This document shows positions 1 to 9,033 of a stretch of DNA of 64,000 nucleotides, in pieces; within the stretch, counting starts at the first letter, position 1; the number at the start of each line of letters is the position of its first letter. Source of the DNA: a virus. Lineage: Duplodnaviria > Caudoviricetes. The notes beneath the pieces are model-generated. The model was not told the DNA's origin. It ran no database searches and saw only the letters and a list, made by a program, of their open reading frames with translations. The stretch spans positions 2,245-66,244 of IMG/VR virus record IMGVR_UViG_3300043496_000014. The stretch is one strand, 5' to 3'. A program made the translations under genes and the position numbers.

Positions 1-33
1 GTAGGTTTGTACTTCAGTGACACTAACGTACAT
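1..33 (-). CDS. 5' end of a gene running off the window (MYVSVTEVQTY...), possibly a PD-(D/E)XK/RecB-like exonuclease
   Basis: ATG at 33 with AGGA upstream; the 11 visible codons resemble the hSxTEIxxY N-terminus of phage PD-(D/E)XK nucleases; too short to be sure. Confidence 0.3.
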   Translation of the reverse strand, partial: MYVSVTEVQTY

Positions 34-81
34 GGCATACGTATCCTATGCAGGGTGTGGTGTGTAGGGTGTAGGGTGTAG

Positions 82-340
82 TGTGATGAGGCAATAGCCA
101 CATCTATTCGTGATAGCTGTACGGTGTGGTACAGCTATCACTATCTAGTGGGCAAAGCTATTGCTACGTGCAGCATGGTTACCCAGTGCTGTGCCTCACC
201 ACAATGTGCTGGATCGCATTGGGAGGAAACCCAACACCTGTACAGGATACCGTATCCAGTACAGGCAGTGCCAGTGACAGATGGTCACCCAAGGTTACAA
301 GAGCATCACAGTGCAGTGTTGTTAGTGTGATAGGGTGACG
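82..340 (-). ncRNA. candidate structured non-coding RNA
   Basis: Nested stems: 13-bp perfect hairpin 110-141; 12-bp stem TGTGGTGAGGCA/TGCCTCATCACA with a G-U pair on the minus strand; GNRA-capped stem CAGCAcTGG-GTAA-CCATGCTG; CCTGTAC/GTACAGG stem. Confidence 0.45.
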
Positions 341-343
341 CAC

Positions 344-1687
344 TTATGACAATGCTAATTGCCTAGCCAGTTCACGGTTACCAGCATTGCCACGTGACGT
401 ACGGATAACAGGTATGCGTACGTCAATCGTTTTCTTGGCACGTACATAGTACACGTTGACAGGCGTAGTGACAGGAGTGGACGTATCAGTTCTATCTCTA
501 TGTGCACGTGCTAATGCTTGTGTGTGCTTACCCTGTACATAGGTTTCTTCAGCATACACAACATGATGTATGTGTGACAAATCTACACCCTCTGACAATG
601 CCTCGATAGTAGCCACAATTACATGTGGTCGTTTCTTGACACGCTGTGTGTTTAGGAGGGTAGCACGCTGAGTAGGTGGTGTGTCACCTGTTAGTACTAT
701 GTTGGGTGTACCGTTCTTGGTAAGGTGCTTAGATACAGTGTTGGCACTCTCACGGTACCACGTGTAAATCAAAGTGGTGTTTGGTGGAGGTATTGAGTCT
801 ACAATACCCTGTATGGCATCTAGCTTGGTGAGTGTCATGGTTAGTTGACGCAACAGGTAGTACACTTCACCTACACTCTCAATAGGCTGTCCAGCTAATT
901 GCCAATCGTTCTTTAGTTTAGTGTATGCACGACGTACAGCAGTGGGCAACTCAATGGTAATGGGATGCTCAATCAGTGGTGGTAACTCCCTGTGCACGTC
1001 TGTGTAATCACGCATCAGCATGTATGGGGTGAGCATCTTATTGAAGTCTACACGCTTCTTTTCGGCGATACCGTAGATATGTGGTGCGTATGGTGCTTTC
1101 CAATTGACTGCATACCACTCTCTAATGAACGTCCAGTAACTGGTGAACGTATGTGGGTCTAGACAGTGCAACAGGTGCCATATATCCTCATCTGATTTGT
1201 AGTATGGTGTTGCTGTAAGCATGTATGTGTTGGGTGTGCGCCAAATCAACTGTCTAGCAGCAATGGACTGCTTGGCATCTTTGCCTCGTATATGGTGTGC
1301 TTCATCTATCACTAACGTGTTTACACTAGGCATGTCATACGTACGCAACATCTCTGTGTTGATGACACGCACATCAGCATACGTTAGCAACTCTGCTTGG
1401 CGCTTAGCGTGTGCACCTTCAGGTAAGCTGATTGAAGCAGTAGGCAAGAAGTCACACAACGTATCAAACCATTGGTTGGTAAGGTACGTGGGACAGATGA
1501 CTAAAGCAGGTAGATGATTGGCAATGGTAGCAATGGTAGTAGGTGTCTTACCTAAACCGTATGCATCTGCTAGGATAGACTTAGGGTGTGCCATCTGGAA
1601 CTGATGTGCCTCATGCTGATACCCACGTAACACACCAGTAAATGGTGTGGAACATGGGTGTTGATGATGGCTGTGTATAACGTCCAT
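344..1687 (-). CDS. SNF2-family (SF2) helicase
   Basis: Motif I ADAYGLGKT, motif II DEAHH, motif III TATP, C-terminal EGVDL and QALARAHR. Confidence 0.9.
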   Translation of the reverse strand: MDVIHSHHQHPCSTPFTGVLRGYQHEAHQFQMAHPKSILADAYGLGKTPTTIATIANHLPALVICPTYLTNQWFDTLCDFLPTASISLPEGAHAKRQAELLTYADVRVINTEMLRTYDMPSVNTLVIDEAHHIRGKDAKQSIAARQLIWRTPNTYMLTATPYYKSDEDIWHLLHCLDPHTFTSYWTFIREWYAVNWKAPYAPHIYGIAEKKRVDFNKMLTPYMLMRDYTDVHRELPPLIEHPITIELPTAVRRAYTKLKNDWQLAGQPIESVGEVYYLLRQLTMTLTKLDAIQGIVDSIPPPNTTLIYTWYRESANTVSKHLTKNGTPNIVLTGDTPPTQRATLLNTQRVKKRPHVIVATIEALSEGVDLSHIHHVVYAEETYVQGKHTQALARAHRDRTDTSTPVTTPVNVYYVRAKKTIDVRIPVIRTSRGNAGNRELARQLALS

Positions 1688-1692
1688 TGCTG

Positions 1693-2187
1693 TTACCGTC
1701 CAGGTATGGTGAGTTTAGGCATAGGTGGTACGTTGGCAGTGGCACGTGCTTTAGCTTGCTGTGCTTGCTGATTTGCCTGCACTATAGCAGGTATCTGGCC
1801 TGCTGCTATCTCAGCACGTAACTCGTGTACAAAGTCAGCAAAACGGTAGTGTTTGCTAGGTACCCACAGCTTGTACAGTTGCTGTAGTAGCTGTATGGGT
1901 AAATCGTAGTCACGTGCTAAAGCTTCCCAGTGGTTGTCATCTGCACTCATATATGCACTGACATTTTGGGAACCACACTGTGGACAATACTTATAGGCAC
2001 CAATAGCAGTACTAGGTTCCACTCTGTATATACGCACCATCATGCCACATGCAGCATGGCACTTAATGGTGATACGTGGTGGTGTTAGCTCGTGTAGCTT
2101 GACTGGTGGACTGTGATCTATAGCTACATCTACAGCTACAGCTATCTTGGTATCGTCACCGTCACCATCATTCGTCTTCAGCACCAT
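1693..2187 (-). CDS. hypothetical protein with zinc ribbon
   Basis: CHAAC...CPQCGS motif; sits in the operon upstream of the helicase. Confidence 0.7.
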   Translation of the reverse strand: MVLKTNDGDGDDTKIAVAVDVAIDHSPPVKLHELTPPRITIKCHAACGMMVRIYRVEPSTAIGAYKYCPQCGSQNVSAYMSADDNHWEALARDYDLPIQLLQQLYKLWVPSKHYRFADFVHELRAEIAAGQIPAIVQANQQAQQAKARATANVPPMPKLTIPGR

Positions 2188-2265
2188 CGTAGTATCCCTT
2201 GTATAACCTGTACAGCAAGTAGCTAAACACTACTGCAATAATTAAGGTACCAATGTCAATCATGG

Positions 2266-2499
2266 TTATGCCCGTACCCACTTCCAGCATTGCCTACACC
2301 ACAGTACGTCACCTTCAAATGACAGTGACTCAAAGGGTTGCAGTGGCCGCCATAGTGGGTGGTTCAGACACCTGTCTACTCCCATCACTTCCTCTGCTGA
2401 CACTCCTATCCTTATAAGGATGTTCAGACGCACTCGAAACGGTAGCCTGTCTAAAGCAGCAGCTAGGCGTTCAGCCTGCTGTAACGAGGAAGTGGCCAT
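2266..2499 (-). CDS. hypothetical protein
   Basis: 77-aa ORF with GGAG SD, directly downstream of the promoter at 2551-2579. Confidence 0.6.
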   Translation of the reverse strand: MATSSLQQAERLAAALDRLPFRVRLNILIRIGVSAEEVMGVDRCLNHPLWRPLQPFESLSFEGDVLWCRQCWKWVRA

Positions 2500-2550
2500 A
2501 CTGCTGCACTCCAGAGTGTGGGGCCAGTGACTACCGTACCACGTGCAGGT

Positions 2551-2660
2551 ACTGTAGCATGTGCAGCAGTGCGCGTCAACAAGTGGTGTGGACGAGTTTT
2601 TAGATTAGTGGTAAAAATGCCGTGTGAAGGGTTGCACGCTATACGTGTGCGTGCTATAGT
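2551..2660. promoter_or_regulatory. divergent sigma70 promoter pair
   Basis: Minus strand TTGACG-17-TACAGT (2579-2551); plus strand TTGCAC-17-TATAGT (2632-2660). Confidence 0.7.
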
Positions 2661-2726
2661 ACTGGAACAAGGCAAGCACGGCAGCAGCACATAGCAAGCT
2701 GACCGTATAGGAAAGAAGGTTTTCTC

Positions 2727-3257
2727 ATGGCTCGTCGTGATGATGGTACTGATGGTAACGTGGCAGTCCTGAATCGTCCTATTGGGGACATTGCAGGAAC
2801 TGACACTGACACTGACAATGGTGTGGCTACAGGTGATGGCATGCATCCTGCATCGGATGAGGCTAGTGGCACCAGTGGTGGCACTCGTAAGGCTAAGCGT
2901 AACTCTGATGAACTGCCTGATTCTGACATCATCTCCCTGAACGTGCGTGTGCCAAATGGTCTGCGTAAGCAGATTGCTGTGACTGCTGTGGAACAGCAGA
3001 CCAGTGTGCCACAGCTTGTGGCCAACATGCTGGCTAATGCCTACAGCTACGAATTGCCTACGCCTGCACGTGCACCACGAATCAAGAAGTACGGTAGCAA
3101 GGAGGAACGGCTGGCAGCACAGAAGGCTACTCAGCAGAGGAAGCGTGACGTGACTAAGGCTATCCTTGCAGCTATCGAGTCTGGTAAGCTTGATCTGGAC
3201 GTGGACGCGCTGATGGCTGAAATGCAGACAGACACCGCCACTGAAGCTGCCAGCTAA
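2727..3257 (+). CDS. ribbon-helix-helix-like DNA-binding protein with basic coiled coil
   Basis: ISLNVRVPNGLRKQIAVTAVEQQTSVPQLVANML fits the RHH pattern; has its own promoter and SD. Confidence 0.7.
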   Translation: MARRDDGTDGNVAVLNRPIGDIAGTDTDTDNGVATGDGMHPASDEASGTSGGTRKAKRNSDELPDSDIISLNVRVPNGLRKQIAVTAVEQQTSVPQLVANMLANAYSYELPTPARAPRIKKYGSKEERLAAQKATQQRKRDVTKAILAAIESGKLDLDVDALMAEMQTDTATEAAS

Positions 3258-3426
3258 AGCACCCACGCACACGCACACGCACAGTGACCGTATAGCTAAG
3301 CAACGGATTGTTGCTGAATGGTGCACACCAAGCTAAACCTGTCACTAGCATGACTATGGACACTGGTCTGTGCTGGCACACAGGCTAGTGTCCATTTGTT
3401 TGTGAGAATAAAGGTAGAGTGGAGTA

Positions 3427-3651
3427 ATGGCTGAACAGACAGGTGTGCCACCTAAAGTGGCCCAAGATACACACATGGCTAAAGGTGAGTATGCTGAATT
3501 CTTTGCACGCAACAAACCAGGAATACAGTATGTCAACGTGGAGAATAAAACCTACTTTATCTCACGTCAGTGGAGACTACGTGGACCAATACCAAAGGGT
3601 GTGCGTATCGAGCACACTGGACTAGCCAGTAAACGAAAGCGTAGTAGGTAG
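3427..3651 (+). CDS. hypothetical protein
   Basis: 74-aa ORF with GGAG SD. Confidence 0.55.
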   Translation: MAEQTGVPPKVAQDTHMAKGEYAEFFARNKPGIQYVNVENKTYFISRQWRLRGPIPKGVRIEHTGLASKRKRSR

Positions 3652-3654
3652 TAG

Positions 3655-3870
3655 GTGGATAGAATGACGCATGTAGAGAAGTACACGGTTGATGACACCA
3701 CGTGCTGTAAGCCTATGCGTATTGTGGGGGTGTCTAGTAGTGCAGTACATGACAACATATCAACTGTAGTGCTGTATGTCACGTTAGCCATGCAGTGCCA
3801 TGAGTGTGGTGAGATACGGACTGTAACCAGTAAAACCAGAGCTAACACATGGCCACTGGACAAGAGATAG
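3655..3870 (+). CDS. small zinc-ribbon protein
   Basis: CCKPM...CHECG; follows the previous ORF closely. Confidence 0.5.
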   Translation: MDRMTHVEKYTVDDTTCCKPMRIVGVSSSAVHDNISTVVLYVTLAMQCHECGEIRTVTSKTRANTWPLDKR

Positions 3871-4002
3871 TGCTGGTTGGCCAGAGGATTGATGTAGGAC
3901 GCTTGTAGGGTGGTTTGGCTGTCCCTGTAGCCATGTTCCAGGAGAATGGGCCAGAATCAACGCTCACAGCCTGTGACAGGGTACTACTCTGGTAGCAGGA
4001 AA

Positions 4003-4041
4003 CAGGAAACAGAAAACCCCTGGTCTGTGTGACCAGGGGTT
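4003..4041 (-). terminator. intrinsic terminator
   Basis: 11-bp stem AACCCCTGGTC/GACCAGGGGTT followed by a U-rich tract on the minus strand, just after the stop at 4065. Confidence 0.8.
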
Positions 4042-4064
4042 GTGTGCGTGGTGTGTGGTGTGTG

Positions 4065-4754
4065 TTACTTGGCCGCACAGATGGGGCCAAGTCCACGTGC
4101 CACACTCTCAGGAGTGGTGAGCAGACGGTTGCATAGGTAGCACTTGCCACTGCGAATGGCGTACTGGCGTCCACACTCGTCAATCTTGTCAGTGTTCTTC
4201 AAAAGGAACCGTGTGGCAGCCACAATGTCAGTGTACTTGCCAGTGTTCTTCTTGAACAGGGTAATCTCGTTACCGTTCACGATGCCAATGCTGGTGTAAT
4301 CACCCACGTTGTCAGAACCACTCAGGTAAGAAAGCCACTGCTTGACGGTACCCTTACCGTTCGTGTCTTCAATGGTCTGAAGACGAATGGTGCGATGGCC
4401 ACCCTTGGGACCAACGATGGTGTAGTAACCATCTGCAACGTACTGCTTGCTGTTATCGTAGGTGACTGTGGTGGTGGTGATGGGTGCCTGCTGCTGTGAA
4501 CGGTTGTACTCAGCAATCATGCAGTTCAGCACACCAGCAACCTGTGAGTCATTCAGGCCGTAACCCTTGTCAAGCTGAGTGTGCAGGCTCACCAGGAAGC
4601 TAAAGGTGCCAGTGTAGTTGGTGACGTACTCAGTAGCTGCCATGTAGACTGCGTTACGGTTTATGCTGGCACTGATGTTGTCAGCGTTGACCTTACGACC
4701 GTTGGCAGCAGCAGCTAGGTCAGCGATGTTGAAAGCTACGGTGGTGGTGTTCAT
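4065..4754 (-). CDS. DUF6011-like protein (C-terminal Zn finger)
   Basis: C-terminal CYLCNRLLTTPESVARGLGPIC motif; ATG at 4754 with AGGAG SD, downstream of a promoter. Confidence 0.8.
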   Translation of the reverse strand: MNTTTVAFNIADLAAAANGRKVNADNISASINRNAVYMAATEYVTNYTGTFSFLVSLHTQLDKGYGLNDSQVAGVLNCMIAEYNRSQQQAPITTTTVTYDNSKQYVADGYYTIVGPKGGHRTIRLQTIEDTNGKGTVKQWLSYLSGSDNVGDYTSIGIVNGNEITLFKKNTGKYTDIVAATRFLLKNTDKIDECGRQYAIRSGKCYLCNRLLTTPESVARGLGPICAAK

Positions 4755-4801
4755 AATGTTGACTCCTGTATGTTTGGGCGTTTCGTTCACCCTGTGTCTA
4801 T

Positions 4802-4848
4802 ATAATACACCCTCCACCGTATGGTGTCAATACATTTATGGCTGTTTT
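4802..4848 (-). promoter_or_regulatory. early sigma70 promoter with conserved upstream box
   Basis: TTGACA-17-TATTAT; upstream AAAACAGCCATAAATGTA. Confidence 0.85.
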
Positions 4849-4908
4849 CAAGGCAATTTGTGAAACTGGTGAAAACTCGTTTAGGGTGTGTGGTGTGTGG
4901 CACATAGC

Positions 4909-4938
4909 AAAACACCCTGACTGGTGTGTCAGGGTGTT
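4909..4938 (-). terminator. intrinsic terminator
   Basis: AACACCCTGAC/GTCAGGGTGTT stem plus U tract on the minus strand, after ORF 4946-5137. Confidence 0.75.
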
Positions 4939-4945
4939 GGGTGTT

Positions 4946-5137
4946 TTAGTGGCGATAACGAGTGCCATCAGCGTAGCAGGTGTAGCGTGGGTACTCGAAT
5001 GGTGCGCAAGCAAAGAGTTGATCGGCGCGGCGAACAGTGATGCCGTTACCAGCAGTGCCACCAGTGTGAACGATGTGAGCTACACCAGTGGTGCGTGCAG
5101 CTTTGGTGGCTGCAACGACTGCTTGTAGAATATTCAT
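4946..5137 (-). CDS. small hypothetical protein (monocistronic cassette)
   Basis: 63-aa ORF between a promoter and a terminator. Confidence 0.65.
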   Translation of the reverse strand: MNILQAVVAATKAARTTGVAHIVHTGGTAGNGITVRRADQLFACAPFEYPRYTCYADGTRYRH

Positions 5138-5178
5138 TTGGTTTGCCTTTGTGCGGATTCGTCATTGCTGACACTCAT

Positions 5179-5207
5179 ATAATAGCAGGGTGGTGTGGTG
5201 CGTGCAA
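5179..5207 (-). promoter_or_regulatory. early sigma70 promoter
   Basis: TTGCAC-17-TATTAT with TGn extended -10. Confidence 0.8.
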
Positions 5208-5272
5208 GTATTATCCATACCCAATATGGTGTGTTTTGAGCATAGTGTGATGGGTGTGTGCTAGCAGTGGTG

Positions 5273-5431
5273 CTAATCGTAGTCTGTCACCTGCCCACAG
5301 TAGCATGGTGGATCGTACTTATTACCAGACAGGTGGCGCATAGATTGGCATGGTCCCTGATGTCGTGAGTGTGGGCAATCGTCACATTCCTGTTCATCCT
5401 CTGGCACGTCTACAGGATCACTGTTTCTCAT
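5273..5431 (-). CDS. 52-aa Cys/His-rich protein (not in the ORF track)
   Basis: MRNSDPVDVPEDEQECDDCPHSRHQGPCQ...CYCGQ; ATGA overlap with the stop of the upstream gene. Confidence 0.6.
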   Translation of the reverse strand: MRNSDPVDVPEDEQECDDCPHSRHQGPCQSMRHLSGNKYDPPCYCGQVTDYD

Positions 5432-5751
5432 GGCTTGTACTCTATAGGTGGTGATGTCTTGGCACGTGGTGGGGTGACTTCTTTACCGTCTAGTATCAGC
5501 CTGTTGCCATCATACTTAATGTCTACTCCCATAGGGTACTTACCTTCACGTCTAGCCTGTTCTTCATCCTGCTGTATTTCACGTGAACGTGCACTGTGCC
5601 CACGTATGTAGCCTCTACGGTATGCCATGTACAGCAGTGTACCTAGCTTCTGTTCTAGCAGATTGTCCATACCCTCGTGTTTGATACGGTTGTACTCGTC
5701 AATGAAGGCAGCTTCTATGCGTTCTTCCATGATGCTCATGAATCTGGACAC
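5428..5751 (-). CDS. hypothetical protein
   Basis: 107-aa ORF with AYRRGYIRG motif. Confidence 0.7.
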   Translation of the reverse strand: MSRFMSIMEERIEAAFIDEYNRIKHEGMDNLLEQKLGTLLYMAYRRGYIRGHSARSREIQQDEEQARREGKYPMGVDIKYDGNRLILDGKEVTPPRAKTSPPIEYKP

Positions 5752-5754
5752 TCC

Positions 5755-5840
5755 ACATGGTGAAACTTCAGACTAGAAGGTGGGTCTTCTGTTACTAACT
5801 CACCATCCCTGAAGTCTAACCCACACTCTACACACCATGT
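5755..5840 (-). ncRNA. candidate pseudoknotted leader RNA
   Basis: P1 ACATGGTG/CACCATGT; P2 AGACTTCAGG/TCTGAAGTTT (G-U pairs on minus); P3 AGAAG/CTTCT whose loop ACCCAC complements GTGGGT. Confidence 0.4.
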
Positions 5841-5905
5841 TGCCTCATCAGGTAGATGGCTAGCTGCCTTATCAGACCACGGTTTAGGTGCGTTACTGTT
5901 ACTGC

Positions 5906-6265
5906 TCATGACACTGGTTTCCTGAAACAGACATGACGTACTCCTGTCAGACTGTAGGCTTCACTGCGTGACCACACAGCTACGTCTATCCACGGCATTG
6001 GTGTACCGTTACCCAGTCTACCACGGTCAGCTACTCTAAAGGTACCTAGACCTTCAATGGTAGCTAAAGAACCCATAACAACATCCCAACTAGCAGCTAC
6101 TATTGGTTCACCACTCAGTATGTGTGTTCCATCGTAGGTGAACAAACTGAATTCTGTACGCACATACCCTGTGATCTTAGCATCACCACACCAGGGTGAG
6201 TAAGCAGGCATAGGCGTAGCTGTGGTGAGTGCAAGCATGGAAGCTGCTACTAGTAGACGTGACAT
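5906..6265 (-). CDS. secreted 3D-domain (MltA/RlpA-like) protein
   Basis: Signal peptide; ITGY, TYDG, VAA, VADRG and WIDVAV motifs of 3D domains. Confidence 0.8.
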   Translation of the reverse strand: MSRLLVAASMLALTTATPMPAYSPWCGDAKITGYVRTEFSLFTYDGTHILSGEPIVAASWDVVMGSLATIEGLGTFRVADRGRLGNGTPMPWIDVAVWSRSEAYSLTGVRHVCFRKPVS

Positions 6266-6284
6266 GCAGTGTATCTCCTAACGC

Positions 6285-7202
6285 CTATCGACGTACATCG
6301 TATACCTTCTCTACCATACCCAGCAACTTGTCACCACGTTCATAGGGTGCTATCCATATGACATGGTGTGCACCCTCAGAAGGGTACCACTGTGCTTTGT
6401 GGTGTCCACTTACTACATGGTGACGTACTCCACTACTACCCTCATTAGTATCACGCATACGTTCTATGCGTTCACGTACTTCTTTACGTAGTGCTACTAC
6501 GTTAACGGTATCGTCCTGTGTATCACGGTATGTAGGATGTTTGGATACTTCTCTACCTTCTCTACGTTCGGCTGTTTGTTTGTTGTCATGTGTATATGGT
6601 GAGTTAAGAAACGCCAGCATCTTCAGGATGCTACCAGCAGCATACGCTTGGCTATCGTTTGTGAAGTCTTCAGGGAACCGTGCACCAAATTGAATTATGC
6701 TTATGCTTATGTGAGACTCTTTGATACCTTCAGCAGTAGTCATGTCAATTGTTACTGTCATCATCCCTTCATCTTTACAGAGTACCATCCATGTAGACAC
6801 ATGTTCTTTGCCAGAAATGGAGTCACGCATTCTAACTGGTTGGGCAAATACGAATAGCATGACGTTGAATGGCATTATCTCACCACTAATGACGTGTGGC
6901 TTTAGTTCAGGTGCTGTAGCCATATCGTACATATCTTGCCTCCATAGATATAGCTGTGCATTTTCTTCTATATCCCTAGCTAAAGCATGGTTTACATACA
7001 TGTTGTTTTCAGGTGTCATGTTCCACTCAGGACCAGCCAACACCGTGTACCCATTGTCACACAGCATTGCTAATGTATTGTATTTGATGGCTAATGCTTG
7101 CCATGCTTTGGTTAGTGGTCCCACGCCACTGTACCTACACCAATTCTCCAAACGTGCTACCAGTGGATGGTTGGCATGGTATGCTGCACGTGGGAACCAC
7201 AT
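6285..7202 (-). CDS. hypothetical phage protein
   Basis: 305-aa ORF with GGAG SD; C-terminal RHHVVSGHHKAQWY...WIAPYERG motif. Confidence 0.75.
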   Translation of the reverse strand: MWFPRAAYHANHPLVARLENWCRYSGVGPLTKAWQALAIKYNTLAMLCDNGYTVLAGPEWNMTPENNMYVNHALARDIEENAQLYLWRQDMYDMATAPELKPHVISGEIMPFNVMLFVFAQPVRMRDSISGKEHVSTWMVLCKDEGMMTVTIDMTTAEGIKESHISISIIQFGARFPEDFTNDSQAYAAGSILKMLAFLNSPYTHDNKQTAERREGREVSKHPTYRDTQDDTVNVVALRKEVRERIERMRDTNEGSSGVRHHVVSGHHKAQWYPSEGAHHVIWIAPYERGDKLLGMVEKVYDVRR

Positions 7203-7204
7203 AG

Positions 7205-7531
7205 TTAGTTTGCCTCCTGTTCCTGTTTGTGTGCTGACCAGTCGAATTCTGTACCCACACGGTAGATGGCTCGCATTTCGTAGATGGTTGCCTGTGTCTG
7301 TGGGTCTTCAGGGGACTCTACCATAGTGTGGGCCATGCTGATGGCATCTTCCAGTTTACGTGGTGCCTTCTCATCCACGATGGCCCAACCTTCACTCCCT
7401 GGATACGTGGTGAAGTAGATAGGGTACGTGGTGGCGTAGTAGGCGTCACGCTGTTTCTTGGTAATGTGCTCTTTCCAGAACCGTTTTACTGGAAAGCCAT
7501 TTTTGTATACCACCTGCTTACTGGTTGCCAT
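7205..7531 (-). CDS. hypothetical protein
   Basis: 108-aa ORF in a tightly packed operon. Confidence 0.7.
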   Translation of the reverse strand: MATSKQVVYKNGFPVKRFWKEHITKKQRDAYYATTYPIYFTTYPGSEGWAIVDEKAPRKLEDAISMAHTMVESPEDPQTQATIYEMRAIYRVGTEFDWSAHKQEQEAN

Positions 7532-7877
7532 GTACCTGTTCCCTCTCCTGATTGATACGTTCAGCTAGGCTAAACAATGCCTGTGCCATACTCAGATGAT
7601 GCTTAGCACGTAGGAAGGTACGTTGACCACTACCATCTGAGATTATCTTGCTTGTTTCTATGTACTCGTCTGCACGTGCTGCAAGGTAGCTGACCAATGC
7701 GTCTAGTGCATCAGGTGCACTATGCTGAATGAAGTACTGTAGCTCCAGGTTGACTGTGGGTGTGGTGGCCATACGTACTATGTACTCCTTACTTACCGTG
7801 AACCATGACACGTAGGTGTGCCATAGCTCCACGTCTGATGTCACCTTCAAACTTGTGGTACTTACCCTGCTTGCCAC
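7518..7877 (-). CDS. hypothetical protein
   Basis: ORF overlapping its neighbours in the operon; start uncertain. Confidence 0.5.
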   Translation of the reverse strand: MASRVSTTSLKVTSDVELWHTYVSWFTVSKEYIVRMATTPTVNLELQYFIQHSAPDALDALVSYLAARADEYIETSKIISDGSGQRTFLRAKHHLSMAQALFSLAERINQEREQVHGNQ

Positions 7878-7954
7878 AGGTACACTCGTAACGGAACATC
7901 TGCTGTCCGTACCTGAAGATTTTCTTTGTAGTGATCTTGTGTACGTTCATCATG

Positions 7955-8215
7955 TTAGTTACTAGCCTCCAGTGGCTGCAATGGCTTGCAACCGTTCTCA
8001 CACCACACGGCAGCATCTTGGGTGCTGCTAAGCACGGCACCATGACGCATCCAGATTGTGCAGTACGTCACTGCACGTCCGTACTCATCAATCCGTCGCA
8101 CACGATGCATGGTGTGCTTGTACTGGCCATTGGCGTTCAGGTGGTACACGGTGTCGTTGACCAGCAGGGTAACTTGCTCACCTGTGTGTGCGTTGAAAGC
8201 AATGGTGCGTGCCAT
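7955..8215 (-). CDS. hypothetical protein
   Basis: AGGAG SD; first gene after the promoter at 8262-8291. Confidence 0.7.
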   Translation of the reverse strand: MARTIAFNAHTGEQVTLLVNDTVYHLNANGQYKHTMHRVRRIDEYGRAVTYCTIWMRHGAVLSSTQDAAVWCENGCKPLQPLEASN

Positions 8216-8261
8216 GTTAGTAGTTCTCCTGGTTCTGTGTATTGGTGCGCTGTCTGTAGGT

Positions 8262-8309
8262 ATCTTAGCAGGTGCCTGTTATGGTTGTCAATACCCATAA
8301 CAGGCTGTT
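8262..8309 (-). promoter_or_regulatory. early sigma70 promoter with upstream box
   Basis: TTGACA-18-TAAGAT; upstream AACAGCCTGTTATGGGTA. Confidence 0.8.
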
Positions 8310-8317
8310 GTGGGAAG

Positions 8318-8473
8318 TTATTTGATTGGTGTAATTTTGGCCTTATGGCCATTGTTGGTATCCTCGCGGACACACTGTGAGCCACATGGCCCGCACACGC
8401 GACCCTTGAAGCCACGTGCGCTGGAAGTGGTGTAAATGTGGGTTGGGGTGGAAGCGTTGCAGATGATGCACAT
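8318..8473 (-). CDS. small zinc-finger protein
   Basis: MCIICN...CGPCG; AGGAG SD; lies between two promoters. Confidence 0.65.
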   Translation of the reverse strand: MCIICNASTPTHIYTTSSARGFKGRVCGPCGSQCVREDTNNGHKAKITPIK

Positions 8474-8519
8474 GTGGGTGACTCCTGTGTGTTGTGTGTC
8501 AGTGTTCCCTGACACCCTT

Positions 8520-8567
8520 AGTATGGCACACCTGATTGGTGGTGTCAATACATTATAGGTCCGTTTC
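8520..8567 (-). promoter_or_regulatory. early sigma70 promoter with upstream box
   Basis: TTGACA-17-CATACT; upstream AAACGGACCTATAATGTA. Confidence 0.8.
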
Positions 8568-8575
8568 TACCAATA

Positions 8576-8606
8576 ATGGGCACACCACATAAATTGGTGT
8601 GCCCAT
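8576..8606 (-). terminator. hairpin, probable terminator
   Basis: 12-bp stem ATGGGCACACCA/TGGTGTGCCCAT downstream of the stop at 8626. Confidence 0.6.
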
Positions 8607-8625
8607 GTAGAGAGTGTGGTGGTGG

Positions 8626-9033
8626 CTAGCTAGGCGTTAGGGTAGCTGTCCACTTAACCTGTGTACTCACCTTCAGGTAGTAGGTACCACGCTTGACCGC
8701 GTAGACGTGGGTACGTCCACCTGCTAGAGTGCTGGTGTTCACCAGTAGCTCACCAAAGCCTACCGTGTCATCTACTGACACCAGATTCATTGACACGTAC
8801 TTCTGTGGTGTAACGGACCAGTCCAGTGTGTAGGCACCACCCTCCAGGGTAAATGGTGCAGTCTGTGTCAAGCCACTGCCATCAAAGACAATAGGTGCAC
8901 CTGTTGCTGGTGGCTCACATACGTTAGTCTGTGCGTAGCTGGCATTGGCAGTGGTAGGTAGCAGCATCAGTGCACAGAGTGCAGTAATAATGATGCGTCG
9001 GCGATTGTTAGTTGGCACGGTAGGGTACTCCAT
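8626..9033 (-). CDS. exported beta-sandwich protein
   Basis: RRR + hydrophobic + ANA signal peptide; GSG...PFTLEGG.Y...GTYYLKV pattern. Confidence 0.7.
   Translation of the reverse strand: MEYPTVPTNNRRRIIITALCALMLLPTTANASYAQTNVCEPPATGAPIVFDGSGLTQTAPFTLEGGAYTLDWSVTPQKYVSMNLVSVDDTVGFGELLVNTSTLAGGRTHVYAVKRGTYYLKVSTQVKWTATLTPS

Noticed and set aside
124-338. Plus-strand 68/70-aa ORFs
   Set aside because: No SD or motifs, opposite to local gene orientation; better explained as structured non-coding sequence
5755-5860. Hammerhead ribozyme (GAAAC...GTC on plus; CTGATGA on minus)
   Set aside because: The two core elements are on opposite strands and cannot form one hammerhead
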